64,000 nucleotides of DNA from Amoebidium appalachense (Eukaryota; Protista; Ichthyosporea): positions 5,152,060 to 5,216,059 of the forward strand of contig CAVNZM010000010.1 of NCBI GenBank assembly GCA_963693365.1. Direction: 5' to 3'. The notes below the pieces were generated by a model. The model saw only the letters and a program-made list of their open reading frames with translations. It was not told where the DNA came from and ran no database searches. The first letter of the stretch is position 1. Each line of letters starts with the position of its first letter. Made by a program: the position numbers and the translations under genes. Below, piece after piece: positions 15,316 to 52,456 of the stretch.

Positions 15316-15773
15316 ACCAGACACACACACTGAGCAAGAGTTTCCTTCTTCCTGCCCACGAGCACACTCGCAGGCACGCACATGCAAGTGCTGCACACGT
15401 TACGATGATGTAGCCTCGTGATAACACAAACACAATTAATGCAAACACCCACAAATGAATTTCCACCGTAGCATCGATATCAATCGATACTGTGCAGGTA
15501 CCACCGCCAGTGTCAAACGCACACGTAAAAGTGCACACACACAATGAAAAACGCACACACAGCACACACACCTGCACGCACCGTTGTACGGGACGGCACA
15601 CGCACGCACGCCGCCCATACCGAATATGCATATGCATTAGGGCACACATACAGAACTGACGAATGTGGACGTACACCTACAGTACACGTTGAATGAGCCG
15701 CGACTGAGTTCTTCTCTCAGGCCGAATCCGTCATAAGAGGGCAGTAGCATGTGACGACCCCCTCCCCGCCCTC

Positions 15774-15809
<36 letters not shown>

Positions 15810-16238
15810 GAAAATTAAAGAAAAGAAAAACAAACACGCAGAGCTGCACACATATACGCACTGTGACGTCCCACCCGCCCACAGGCACACACGCACACGT
15901 GCACTGACACACGCACACACACATCATTCAGACACACACGCACACACACATCATTCAGACACACACGCACATTGAAAACCCCGTGAATACGAATCAGAAG
16001 GTGTGCTCGGACGGCCCAGACCCTCTAGAGATATCTTTGTGTGTCTAGTCTCCACCCGAGCTTCTCGCTGGCTCAAGTTATATAACAACTGATGCCCAGT
16101 CAGCTCTGCCCTTTCGAGTCCTCCCCTAACCCGTCGCCTTCCTTTCCCCTGACCTCCCATATTCATCCTGCCTTTGTCACAACCCCCCGCCCTCCCCTTC
16201 CCACCCCATCTTCCGGGCCGTCCCCTGCCCTCCCCCCC

Positions 16239-16269
<31 letters not shown>

Positions 16270-16367
16270 AAAAAAAAAAAAAGTTAAAGCAAGGTCCAAC
16301 CCCAGCCCCCCCCCCCCCCTCCCCCTCCCCCTCCCCCCCCCCTCTCCTCCCCCCATCAAAAAAAAAA

Positions 16368-16403
<36 letters not shown>

Positions 16404-17302
16404 AAAAAAAGGGGGGGAAACATCCGACACAGAGCTACTGATCCAGTAAACATGAGACATCATTACCTAACTCATTTTAAATATCGCACACATCATCATT
16501 TACACCTGCCGCATTGAGATGCACGTCAAACGTGATCAGAGAGCTATTGGAGCAGGATCCTCGAACCATTATGATCCCCCTTACCCACAACATAATAGTA
16601 TCCATAATCTTCCTCAAATGCAACTAACACTATCATCGGCATTTTTGAATTTGGGCCTCAGCGATCAGGGCTTGGAGAGAAGAGGAGGGGGCAGGGGGGG
16701 TGGGAGGGGGGGGTGGGGGTGGGGGGAGGGAGAATGGGGGAGAGGACTGAAGGGGGGCTCGGGGGGAGGGGGGGGGGGAGGGGGGGGGATACACGGTTGG
16801 ATGGTGTTACCGGTGGGGTGTGTGTGTGTGGTTGGGGGGGGGGGGGGGGGAGAGGGGGGGGGGGGGGGGGGGGGGGGAGAGGGGGGGGGGGAGGGTAGCA
16901 TGCAGTAGCGGAGGTATCCGTCATCAGAGATTTCTGTCCCATATTATTCGACAGAGAAATTTTTGCGATCTGACTGAAAACGCCACAGAGCCTGTGGTCG
17001 AAGTGAAACGCCATTCAATGCGCTGTTAAATTGGCCACCCCTGAAGTTTATTTACTAGCTTCATGAGACCAGACTTACTTGATTGTATCAAAAAAAAAAT
17101 TCATAAATGTTCCTGGGGTGGTACCCGTGACAAAAGAATGCAAAAACTGAATGCATAATAATTACTGTAGAAAATTGCCTGACTTTGAACAACCCATGCC
17201 TGCCAAGTACGATCATTTTGAAAGGAGGGAAAAGAGCGTCACTTGGTAAAATAAATCAGTCATAGTTGCGGCAGTGCCTGGAGGTGAATACATCCCAAAA
17301 AC

Positions 17303-25427
<8,125 letters not shown>

Positions 25428-26509
25428 GACAAGGGGTTTTGTTTGTGTAATTTGGTCGCATGGCAAGGTGGGGGCGCATGTATGGGATGTGCGTAAAACT
25501 TGTGAAAAGAATTAGGGTTTTGTTCTGTTGGACTATGTTTCTCACGGCAAGACCAGGGCCTTCATGTTGTCATATTTAACAGTTTCTCTTTTTTAATATG
25601 GAAATTAGCAGTGATTATTTATTAACCACGAGGTTTTCTGTGACTATGCAAAAAGGATGTAGGTTTTGCAGAATTGCCATTAACCCAACTATGTACCGTA
25701 ACTCGAAACCAGATGTATCGAAGAAGTGGAAATTGTGACCACAGTATCCCGTCGAGAAAGATTTGAAATGTGTAAAGTCGTGTATCAACTCCTTTAGATA
25801 CAATTGTACTAATAATTATTCTTCAATACAGGACTGAAAGCACCTTCCAGTGATTTCGGCAGCATGTTGTTCATGGCCTGCGCTGAGTAGTTGAACTGTC
25901 TGTTGTGACGGGCAGGCCGCGGCTGTTGTTGTTGACGATTGGCTTACAGCGCATCGTGTTTTTTGAGAAGAATGTGACACATTCGAATTTGATTGGCGGA
26001 ATGGGAGCCTCAGCTACGCTATACTGATTGGCTAACTTGGAAGTTGGCTAACTTGGCACCACATTGTCCACATACCAAGGCAAATACCACAGCGGCAGGT
26101 CTGAGAACTTAGAAAACTCCTGGGCGGAGACAGGTCGGCTCAGTGCTACGTCGACAGGCTGCTGGCAGGCTGCCCGACAGCTCTGTTGGCTGCCCGACAG
26201 ACTGAGAGAGGGGGAGGTGCAACTGGAGGCTATATAGAGCTAGCTACTATGTAATAGTAACAGAAGGAGATGGAGAAGGAATACAATAGAGCAGATACCG
26301 TCAGCCGAATGCGGGACTCTAGTCCGCGAAACCGGGGGGGAAGCCATGCCCCTTCTTTTAGCCTAATTCATAATATACGCCAATGGTCCGACTCGGCGAC
26401 GCTTGAGCAAGGAACTTGAAGTCGAAGTGTACATGTGGCGGCTCTCCGTGCAAGTTCACCATTTTGACCAATGGGAAGGGAGGGGGGGTAGGGGCCGGGG
26501 GATGGTTGG

Positions 26510-27370
<861 letters not shown>

Positions 27371-28402
27371 TGGAGAAGAGTAGCACTCGTGCGCGGGGTC
27401 GAGATCTAGCTAGAAGGCTAGCCATATGCATGGCCAGCTCCTACAGTCTCTTAGCGACTTATGCAAGATGAACATGTACACAAGCTTCAACGTCACCGGC
27501 ATATACATCTGGAAATTCTAATGTGTAGTTTTTGTTCACAACTGTAAGCTCAGTCACAATAGACGGATGAAATGCCGTCTTTTTTTCTCCCTTTCTTTTT
27601 TTTGCCCTTCCCTCTGGGAAGACAAACGCTTCAAGTTGCAACGCTTCCCGGGACCTGGGGACTTGGAGGCCTTGCTTCGACAGTTACTGTGACGCCATGA
27701 CGGTTCGCGCCAAAATGCAGTGTGGACCAATCAGCGTGTGGCGGCTGAGCCACTATGGAGGCGTGCAAATGCTTTTTGATGATACATGTGGCGGGGATAT
27801 AGCTCTCTACAGTATATTATGTAAGAAACACAATAGAAATAAGTATCTGGCAAATATATAACCAGTATTTGTTTTTAGGCCTTGCATTACAGCCTCTCTA
27901 TATGAAGGAAGTTTATATATATAGTGGCTCGTAGCTTTAGCCCTGTGACGTCATATTGGCCTGCTTATCACGTCACACTCACATGCCTCGGTTTATCACA
28001 TGCACTCTCCGTGTGAACTCGAAGTTGGTGTGCTACTTGTTGTTTGTGTTGTTTGTCCTATGAGGTTCTCGGAGTATCTGTACATAGGTGTTTCCCTTTT
28101 TGGTCCTTTTGTTTATTTTTTTGCTCTCCGGGTGTGTGTTACCTCCCCACACCCATGGGCTCTGTGCCTGTGTACATGCCCAGCGTATTTCGAAAAACCA
28201 GGCCGAATCGAAAACGCCAATCTTGAGGTTTAGCGGGGCACACAACACTTTTGCAAAATCGCCTGTAGTTGATTTGATAATTCGCTTCATCTTTCGGTGT
28301 GCCACGATTTTTTTTTCACACCAGTGCATGAGCTGTTAGCTTCGTTGTAACTAGCAGTTTACACCTGCCCTCATTCCCCGTTTGACTGAAATTACAACGA
28401 CC

Positions 28403-37336
<8,934 letters not shown>

Positions 37337-38149
37337 GGTGTTGTGGGCCCACTCTATATCGTATATATGAACCTAAAGACTGATCAGTATGTTTTTGTGT
37401 TGTAGCGGTTTAAGTGTGTCCATATTGCTTCTTTCACTTTTTCTTTTACTTGAAAACGATCTTCGTACCTGCGCGCTGCATGGCATTTCTGGTTTGATAG
37501 CGACACAGTTTAGAGTGCGAATGTCTGCTTGACATAGTGAGATTGTTTTTGGTATCCTCAATTTGATGTCAGGTGTTTGGATTACTCAAACTTTTTCACT
37601 CCGATTTTCTTTCTTTTCTTTTTTTTACTGCTTACGTTTCCTGACTGACGCACGTAGAAAAAACCGTTAACCGTCCGGTTCTGATGCTATGAATGAAGGT
37701 ACCGAGCTCCGGTCCTACTGTAGATAATAATCTATAAGTACGGAGGCCTAGATAATAATAAATCAGTGAGTAATAGTGATGAGTCTATCGACACTACTAT
37801 GCAGCATTGCAGCTGTGAACTGTGGTTCTCCTGTTCAACACACCACACCCTTACCGTGAAGGTGTGCTTTTAGAGCTTGCTTTCAAACAGCACCTATTTG
37901 ATTTACATGCTGCCTTCACAACCTGCTTGTTAGGCATAGTTGCCGATTTATCAACCCTCCCCCCTCCCCCCCCCCCCCCCCCCTCCCCCCCCCCCCCCCC
38001 CCCCCCATATCCCCCCCCCCCCCCCCCCCCCCTAGTCGTTCTCCCCCCCAACACACTGGGGTACGCACATACCCGCACTGCCACACACTCGCATACACCT
38101 AAACACAGGAACACACACGTGCACACACACACACACGGTGTACAAGATA

Positions 38150-38192
<43 letters not shown>

Positions 38193-38219
38193 TAGTACAC
38201 ACAGTTTCACAAAACACAG

Positions 38220-38335
<116 letters not shown>

Positions 38336-39097
38336 GCGCGCGCACGCACACTCGCAGTAAGGACTCGGGCAGGCAATCACACATGTACACCCACACAAAC
38401 TGTCGGACATATCTGGTTTTACACGAGTCAGACAGGCACACATTGTTCACACATCCCCACAGCTCCACAGCTTTCCCAAAATTTAAATCCCCATTCCCCG
38501 TTGCATATGATCCCTGTCCGCCATAGTCATATGACTCTCTCACTCCCTCGTGATTCGCTCGTGCAGCCTTTCCGATCATGAGATGCATTGTAGTAGGTTA
38601 GAAGGGTTCCAGAAACCCCGCCTGCAAGGCGCAAGGGGAAGGGGTTTAACTGTTGATAAGGTAACATGTATCTACATGCACACTCACAGTTTCGGATGCC
38701 ATTATTATGATACATTTGGCTGCTATGTATATACATTCGTTCCCTTTTATTTTCCAACTGGTGGAGTTCGTGTTCGTGACTTCTGAAGCGACTGATCATG
38801 GTACATGTGCTCTCCTCCTTACTACTCTCCTGCCCAGGTTGAAGAATTTGCCTAGAGCACATTTTTTCCTGCTGCTGCGGTCTTAGGGGGAACAGCACGT
38901 GACACGGTACCGGTGCACGTGGCAGACGTCCATGTCATGGCCATATAATATTTGAAGGGGAATGTGTCCTATCGAAGTTTTGCGCGTGTGCGTGATTAGA
39001 TCCTCAGGTTTGCGCACGAGGCCTAGGCCCTCAGGCACCACGACGCGTGCACGTGCGCATTGAAGATTCGATGCTGTCTATCTGGACATATTTGACA

Positions 39098-40318
39098 TGT
39101 ATGTTTCCTCCTTGCAAAGTTTCTTTTTTTTCGTTGTCTTTTTCCTTTCCGTTTCGGTAGCTTTTCGATCCGTGTTCATAGTGTCGAATTTGACTTCGCC
39201 TTTCAACGATTCTATTCATATAGTTCTACAAAACGGAAACTTCCAACCTTCATTACTGTCATTCACTGTCTATCTTGTTTTCTTTCTTGGATTCTTTTTT
39301 CTTTGTTCTTTATCTTGGCTCATTTTGGTTCATTTTTCTATGCCAGAAACTGAAATTCCCTGTCCCTACATAAACATGCCCACAGAAGCACGTATGGACG
39401 AGTGACGACTGTTGATGTGTTGCCTGAAAGGTAAAAAAAATTCTGCAGTTGAAGACTATTGGCTCGGTGCGCATCAAGGAAGATCCCCTATGCAGGGTTT
39501 GCCTTACGAATCGTATTGGCCCAAAATACGATTTAGAAAACCCCGCAATACGATTAAAAGGGGGCATCCAATTAGTGAATACGACTCTAAGGGTGTCAAA
39601 ATGCTCGGAATTTGCTTAAATACGATTAAGAGCGCCAAACCCAGGCAACCCCTCCCCCTAGGCTTTAGAATGGCAAAAACAACCAATAGGATGTCGATTT
39701 GAGAATGAGAAATTGAGCCTCCGATGAGATCTAGAAGTTGCGGACTTTTTCTACCCCTTGGCGTCACTCACGGGAGTGCTTTGTAATTACCCTCTGGTAA
39801 GTAACTTCCACAAATCATTTCTAGTAAGCGCCAGGCTTTTTTTATTTTTTTTATATGCTGTCTTGACGCGCTCAAAGCCAACTCACGTACATGTTGCTCG
39901 AAAGTTGGCAGCAAATGGCACAACCAAATATGGATAAAAAAGGGAGTCTAAAGCGATTGGTTTAGAAAGCACTTTCTCAGCTAAATGAGCCAATAGGAAG
40001 CACGAACTTGCATTTTTTTTGCATTCTCAGTCATGTCACGATCGACGAGTTTCCCATGCACATGCCGGGTGTGCTACAAAAAGTCCACACCAGCCGACAG
40101 GCTCGTCATTTATTGACTGCGTATGTAGCACACACATCATCTCTTTTTTGTATGTTTCCCCTTACAAAGTGTCTTTTTTTTTCTCGTTGTCTTTTCTCTC
40201 CCTTTCCGTAGTTCTCTGTGTTCATTTTTGTTGAGTTTGACTTTGCCTTTCAAAGGTTCTGTTCATATCGTTCTACAATTTGGAAACTTCTAGCTGTACA
40301 CTAGCCTTCATTACTCAC
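39098..40318. repeat. Diverged ~165-bp direct duplication (about 39098-39260 and 40149-40318) upstream of the mucin-like gene
   Basis: Shared TGTATGTTTCC...CAAAGT...TTTGACTT(C/T)GCCTTTCAA...TTCATAT...GTTCTACAA...GGAAACTTC...CCTTCATTACT. Confidence 0.75.
39495..39642. repeat. Small inverted-repeat element with iterated AATACGA(T) motifs
   Basis: GGGTTTG...AATCGTATT at left versus AATACGATT...CAAACCC at right. Motif at 39509 (reverse), 39525, 39547, 39578 and 39619. Confidence 0.5.
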
Positions 40319-40500
40319 TTTTCTTTTCCGTTATACTACCAAACGTAGCAGGGCGGACCTGAAATGCAGTTTCCCTGACGTCTCTTGCCACTAGTCGTTA
40401 CCCTCCATATCTGCCACACCCTACTGAGCCTCTTCGAACAGCGTAATTGCTTCAGCAATCTCTGCAATAGTACTTTTCATCCACCTCAACAAACCCAGAA

Positions 40501-43462
40501 ATGCCATCTTACTTGAGCAGTATGGCTCCTCTTTGGGTTCTCGCACTGTGCTTCATCGTCCTCGGCAATGTTGATGCTGCCTGCCCTGATGCGTCTACTC
40601 TCCAACACCTTGCCTTCACGGAATACTACGTCAAAGATGGGCAGGTGCTGCAGTTGGAAATGTGTAACCTCCTATCTGCAACAGACCCCGCCAACCCGTT
40701 CACGTTTGATCCCGACCCGACATCGCAAGATCCTTTTTCTCTCCTGCTAACCCCGACTTCTCCGGGGTCCGGCCCGAACAATCTTGATCTGTCAAACCTC
40801 CTTCAAGATATATCCTCCCCCATAACACTGCAGAATTCAGAATGTGTGACGTTTAAGGACTTTGATTACATTAAATACGGAAGTGCCATCATTGACCTCA
40901 AGGATAGCAGCCTCATCGAGTTTCAGTGCACCCCTAGTGGCTCTTCTACTGGCAACACTATTGCAGCCGGGGGACTTATAAACGACGGCGTCACTGGTTT
41001 CGTCGACTACAAGCAGGCACTTTGCGGGAATAACGAATACACATACACACTAAGGCAAAAAGAGACCACTCCAATTCAAAATGGGCCAGCAACAATCTCG
41101 GCAGACTACTGGAACCTCTGTCCCGTTCTGGAAGGCGGATTGGGGAAACCACCCAGCCAGGAGGATCAGTGTAGCGCAGCCTACTGCTACGACATCCCGG
41201 ATACAGAAACGGTACGTACACGTTCAATGTATCTACGATACATCCTGCTCGCCGGGTGGGTTTAAGTGTGGTTTGATAGACCTATGTGCACAATTGTTTC
41301 TGCACCATTCTCATAGTTGTGGCTGGCAAGTTAGAAACGTTTCACTGTGATCCTTATATTAATAAATCTGCTGATCGTATCACCCGATTCCCTCCCAGGT
41401 GTCTAGTACGATGACACAAACAGACACGGTCACCGAGACTGAATCAACCCTGGCTACGGTGAGCGACATCTTAACCGTGGCGTCAACGACAACTATTTCG
41501 TCCTCCACATTGTCCTCCTATACCGTCACCACCACAACCAATCAAGACGAATCAACAACAATGACTGCAACCCTAGCAACCACAACTACCCAGGAGACCA
41601 CCACCACAGTACATGTGACTGAAACAGCAACCATGTGGGTAACAGACACAGTGTATTTTTCAGAAACTGACACTGCTACCACTACGTCTACTATCGACGA
41701 GACTTCCACCACCGATATTACTGTCACAACAACCGAAACTACACAAGAAACGGCTACTGATACAGCAACTGAGGACGAGACAGGTATATACTGTAACAGC
41801 TATTCGTGTACTTAGTAAATCAATATCATTGAAGTTGTGTAGCCTGTGCGTACTGCTATGAAGGTTTCTAAATGCATGTCTTCAAGCTAAGATTCATTTC
41901 TTTTCTCGACATACCAATATCTTTATGCAGTGTATGTGTTCCCCCTAGCCCAAGGGCCACTGATTGGGTCTATGTTCGAACATGCGCTTTGTACACATCA
42001 GCTCACACATTAACGAGACCGTACGACGCACAATGATAGAATATAGGATGGAAACATTGTCATGCTGTTTCCACAATGTTCCCGCACCAGCTAAATGTGG
42101 CAATAACCATTGGTGTTTGGGGTCATGCAGTTACGGAGACGGAGTACGCCACCATTCCCGACACGACAACGGAGACCGCCACCCAGACTGACACAGAAAC
42201 CGCCACCTTCACGGCCACCGAGACCGAGGAAACGACGGAGGTGACTGAAACAACCATCGAAGAGACCACCACAGAGCTGACGACTATTGTAGAAACCGAA
42301 CAAGATACAACCGTGGTTACAGGTAAAACTTTACGACCCTTGCAAGCCGTTTCTGCACGTGCTTCTGTTTTTGAATAGCTGGGTGCTATAGCTCAGGGCA
42401 TAATGATAATGATTGGAATTTCTTAGCGACAGCACAAAATATGCATGCTCCGTCTCGTCTGTTCATGATTTGAATGCTGGTAATGTGTGTACAGCAAGAT
42501 TAATACCACTCGACTTTAGGCTATCGTAGATACATGCTTACTTAGTAAGCTGACAGTATGCAACAACAACTTTATGTAGCTACAAATCTTGCAAAGTCCT
42601 GCGCATTTTACCTGACAACAAGCTGAATCTGCAGATACGTTCACTGACACTGAAACGACCATTGAAACGACGACCGAGGATGTGGTTGACATTACGACCG
42701 AAGTTAGTTCTGAGACAGACTACGCCACTGTGACAGAGGACACAACGGCTGTATATACTGAGGAAAGCACGGAGGTGGCAACAACTGAAACGGCAACTGT
42801 AACAGAGACCTCTACTTCATTGGAAGCGGGTGAGTATTGTCTACATAGCTCGATTGTTTCAATATGTGTAACATATGTAGTTTAATCCGACACCGTGATA
42901 CCGAATGATGATATCATATTGATAGTATCAAACGGTACAGTAGTCGAAGCTATACTTAAACACGGTGTTCTTTCGTGTGCCATCAAATATCCATCCCCCC
43001 TACCATTACAACATCATGTACCCAGGCGACACCACAATATGGCCGTCAATATTGCAAGGCAAATTACAGTGCATGCATGGGATTTGTGCGGCAGTGTAGC
43101 TACATAGAGTGGATGAATACAATGTAAAACCAACTAATAATACCCTTTGTTCCCCAGGTGATACAACTACGGAGACGGTCACGGAGACAACAACGGTTGA
43201 ATCTAGTGTCACAGAGCCCGTAGCGACAGAAACCAGCGTCATTGTGCTTTCATCAACACATTCGGTGACGGTCACCACCACCCTTTCACGGCCAGTCACC
43301 ATGACGCAAATCATCACACCCACACAGACAACCACCATCACTACAAGCTACATTTCTGGTGTGGGCTATTCAGCGACCAGGTCTAGTGCAAGGACTGTGG
43401 CACCTTCAGCCGAGCACGTGGCTATCATCGTCTCTGTTGCACTGCTTCTTCTGCTGCTGTAA
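40501..43462 (+). CDS. Secreted or cell-surface mucin-like glycoprotein: signal peptide, Cys-containing N-terminal domain, long Thr/Glu-rich stalk, C-terminal hydrophobic tail (GPI-signal-like); 5 exons, 595 aa
   Basis: Exons 40501-41211, 41399-41783, 42131-42322, 42635-42829 and 43158-43462 total 1788 nt in frame. N-terminus MAPLWVLALCFIVLGNVDA; TETTT-type repeats; C-terminus VAIIVSVALLLLLL*. Confidence 0.88.
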
Positions 43463-44519
43463 TTATATGTGTATGTCGTCTCCACCTCCGCGTATAATTA
43501 GATCAGACTAAGATTTAAACAGAAAAAAGTTAGAATTATTATTTAGTCCTGCCATGTGATACAATAGCGGACTCAAGGCTAACCCATGTGGGTTTAAATG
43601 GTAACCCTTATCATACAAAGCTGATGCTGTAGGGCTTGTTCTGGTATCAGACATCTTACCACTCGGTGACCAATATGGTCAACAAACAAAAGTTAGATTT
43701 TCCTGTGAAATTTGCATACTTGGTGCACACTGTACAGTGGCATCCAAGAACGTCTGTGTGAACAAGACTTCCCGTATCTGCACTGAAACAAAATTTTGAA
43801 CGACATTGGTGCATGCACAGGCCACGATGAGGTACTAAAATGCAGAGTTCTCCTGGGATGTTTGCCGCATTGATCCGCAAGTGGCCCGGGAACCGTGTGT
43901 GTGTGTTTGTGTGTATGTGTGTGTGTGTGTGTGTGTGTATGTGTGTATATGTCCGGTGGGGGTTGGGTAAACGGTGGGGAGACGAACGAAGGTAACTTGC
44001 ACGATGTTCTCAGGAAAGAAAAGCCCTTGTGCGTTGCTGGACGTGCTGCACACAGTACCAGCATGCAAGCTCATTCCCTACACACAGTCTTTTTTCTTTT
44101 CCTTTTTTTTTTTTTTTTTGTTTTCAAGTTAGCTATTTTTTGTTTTTTGTTTTTTTTGTGGTGGTGGAAGGGGGGGGGGGGGGGGGGGGGGGGGGGAGGG
44201 GGGGGGGGGAGGGGGGAAGGGTAGAGGGAGAGGAAGGTAAGGGAGGGGGGGGGGCCGGGGAGTGCAATAAAAAAGGAGGTAAGGGCAAGGAGAGAGCTGA
44301 AGGCACAGCAAGGTAGACAGGGAGAGAACACAAAGTTTGAGATACAGACTGTAAGAGACTAAAAAGTCTAATAAGACATTCCGTATTTTTCCTCGAAGGA
44401 ATAAAACCAGGTTAGGTAGGCTGCCTTAGGGAATAACGGAAAAAACGTCACGGGGTTTGCAGGCCCGTCTGCCAGCCTGCTACATAGCCCGAACACCTTG
44501 ACCTGCACACACGCGCGCG

Positions 44520-44602
<83 letters not shown>

Positions 44603-44920
44603 GTACACGCACACGCCGTGACACACATGATACACACACACATCATGCACATGCGCACATGTGCCCATGCACGCACGCGCGCCAATACATAAATGCAAAG
44701 ACAAAATGCTCACATGCACATGCACATGCACAAACATGCACACAATTGTAGCCATGCATTGCAGTCACGGGTACAAGAATACCATAGAGATACTCGGACA
44801 TTAAAGGGCAACGAAACCTTTTGGGGTAATGCGGTATAGAGGGTGACATGGTGTTCCTTGCTTTTGCTTTACGGATTCTCTGATTGCGAGAGTTTGAACA
44901 CTTAAATTCAAATACACACA

Positions 44921-45009
<89 letters not shown>

Positions 45010-46509
45010 TAACCACCCAAAGACCGCAGTGTTTGTACAAGACAACACTTCACTGGTGGGTCGAGAGAGAGAAAGGTGTGTGTGTGTGGGGGGGGGGGGG
45101 GGGGGGGGGGGAGGGGGGGGGAGGATGGGTGGGTGTAGGGGGTGGGTTGCGGGATGTTGTGGGTTTTTTTTTGGGGGGGGGGGGGGGGGGGGGGGGGGAA
45201 GGACACGTGTAATCTAGGTTTGGCATTCTGCCGCCCCTAACGAGTCAAATTACCATGAAAACCATTGGTTCGTGTCCAAAATAATCATTCGGTAGATGAT
45301 GGCAAACAAGAAAGTATAATCTGTGGCCTAAAATGTTTTACGGGGGAGAGGTCAGCTAGTCAGCCCTTAAATTGATTGGATTAGGAGATAGCCCCCCCTC
45401 CTCTCCCCCTCCCCCTTCCGCCCCCCCCCCCCCCCCCCCCCCTCTACTCTCCCTTCCTACGGCCTTTACGACGACATGATTTTTGTAGCCCACGGAACTG
45501 CCGCTCAGAGTCAAGAATTCAACGATATTGTTTGAGCAAAAGGGGAGCAGGCCGGAGGGGGATAGACATGTTTGTCATAGGAGCTGGTTTGGTGATATTA
45601 TTTTTATAGAGTGACCAGGGATTGTTTAAGCCTTAGGGGAAAGGTGACGGAGAGGAAGGGGGTTGTGGGGAGAATGGGAAAAGGGGGGGGGGGGGGGGGG
45701 GGGGGGGGGGAGTAATGTTTTTTTCCTCCCCCTCCCCCCTCCCCCTCCCCTCCTCCCTCCTCCCCCCTCCCCCTCCCCTCCTCCCCCCCCCCCCCCCCCC
45801 CTTTTTTTTGGTCGGGGGAGGGGGGTGGGGGGGGAGGGGGGGGGGGGAGGAAGAGGCAGACAGAGAGAGAGTGAGGGGGTACGTAGCTACTAGGACACAC
45901 AGAGGCCAACTGAAACTTTATGGGGAGGGGGGAGGGGGGGGGAGGGCTCCGAGGGGGACATTTAGAGGGAGAGAGGACTGATGTTCGTTTTTTGGGGGGT
46001 GGAGAAGGCGGGGGCGGGGGGAGGGGGGGGGGGGGGGGGGGGGGAGGGGGGGAGGGAGGGAGGGGGAAAGGGAAAGAGGCAGACAGAGAGAGGGAGGGGC
46101 ACGTAGGAGGCACGTAGCTACTATCATCTGAAATTATGTTCTCATAGATATGTGTGTTTTTGTGGTGGTGGTGGTGGTGGTGGTGGTGGTGGGGGGGGGG
46201 GGGGGGGGAGGGGGGGGGGAGGGGGGGGGGGAGGGATGAATGTAGTGTGTGTTGGGAAGAGTGAGGAGGGACTCCGAAGTGATAGGGTGGAACAGGAGGC
46301 CTAGGGGTGGGGGCACTGCTAGTTCTTGTTTTGTTCAAAAGGTGGTTTGTAATTTTGAATATGTTGTGGTAAACTTAAGGCTACGTTAGAAAGGCTGGAC
46401 TTGATAAAAACTGGGTGTCGTGTTTTAATTAAGAAAGGGTCGGTGTGTGTGTGTCTGTGTGTGTGCAGTTTCTATGTGATTGCATCTGTTTGTGCTCGTG
46501 TGCACAAGC

Positions 46510-46575
<66 letters not shown>

Positions 46576-47839
46576 TGGTCGTGGTGGTGGTGTGTGTGTG
46601 TGTGTGCGTGTGTGTGTGAGTGTGGTGTGTGTGTGTGTGTGCGTGTGTGTGTGAGTGGTGGTGGTGGTGGGGGGTGGGGGGGGAAGGGGGGTACTTCACC
46701 CCCTTTTCCCCCTCAAAAACATGTTCGTATACGTTCATGCGGCAACATACGGCCGGCTTTTCATTCAAGTATACATAATTCCTGACACGCTACAAATGTT
46801 CATAGCTATGCTGTGTTGTGGCTGCCAGTTTAGACATGGACTCTGCGCTAATTTCTAAGATACTTTACATTCATAATAAAAGGCCCCGCTAGGCACCATA
46901 CGCATATTCCCATCCTCACTGTATTTTTCTGAAAGAACCCCCCCCCCCCCCCCCCCCCCCCCCCCACCAAAAAAAAAAAAAGAAGAAGAAGAAAAAAGAA
47001 AAGGAAAAAAAAGAAAGAAAGGAAGAAAGGAAGAAAGAAAACATACACACAAAGAAAAATAGCTTTTATCACACATGTGCAAGGGGCTTTGTAACAAACA
47101 AGAATACTGCTCTCTAAGTAAGGCTAGTATCCACTAACATTCATCCATATTTGCATATTTCGTTTCCTACCTCTAAAGATCCTATTTTCTTGCATGCGGG
47201 ACACTAAGAAAACTAGGCCGAGGAAGGATCTTAGAATACATACATCACACGCATATCGAGAATCCATAAATTAATCATTGGGGTTTGACTTCAAGTGGGC
47301 AGAAATATTTATAAAACATAAAAAAAAGTAGGAATATGGTGGTGCTAAAAGTTTTTGTTCCCCCCCCCCCCCCCCCCCCTTTTTTTTTTTTTGGGACATA
47401 CGCAGAGCCACACAAGGCTTTCTTGGCAAAACAACAATATTTAACACTAAGGAATTGCAAACACGGCAGTAAGTTCACTCTCCAAAATACCACACCCTGG
47501 CATTCCAAAGACTCTTCTCTTTAAAAGCAAAGCAACAGTAAAACAAAACAGAACAGCAACAGCAACAGACGAGGCTAACTATTATTACAACAAGAAAACC
47601 AACACCTTATTAAAAAACACGAAAAGCTTGCGAAAGGGGTTTACAGCCGCTAATGATATATCATAATTTACAGATGCGTCATTGTGTGCATGTGTGTGTA
47701 GATACGGTCGTTATGTGTGACTGTGGTGTGTAAAGAAACATGCCAGCCACTGTGCCTTAACACATTTAAATATACTCTACAAAACATAAACCATTCATTT
47801 CTTAAAACATAAAAACATTCAAGTTTTAGTAAAAGCCTT

Positions 47840-52456
<4,617 letters not shown>

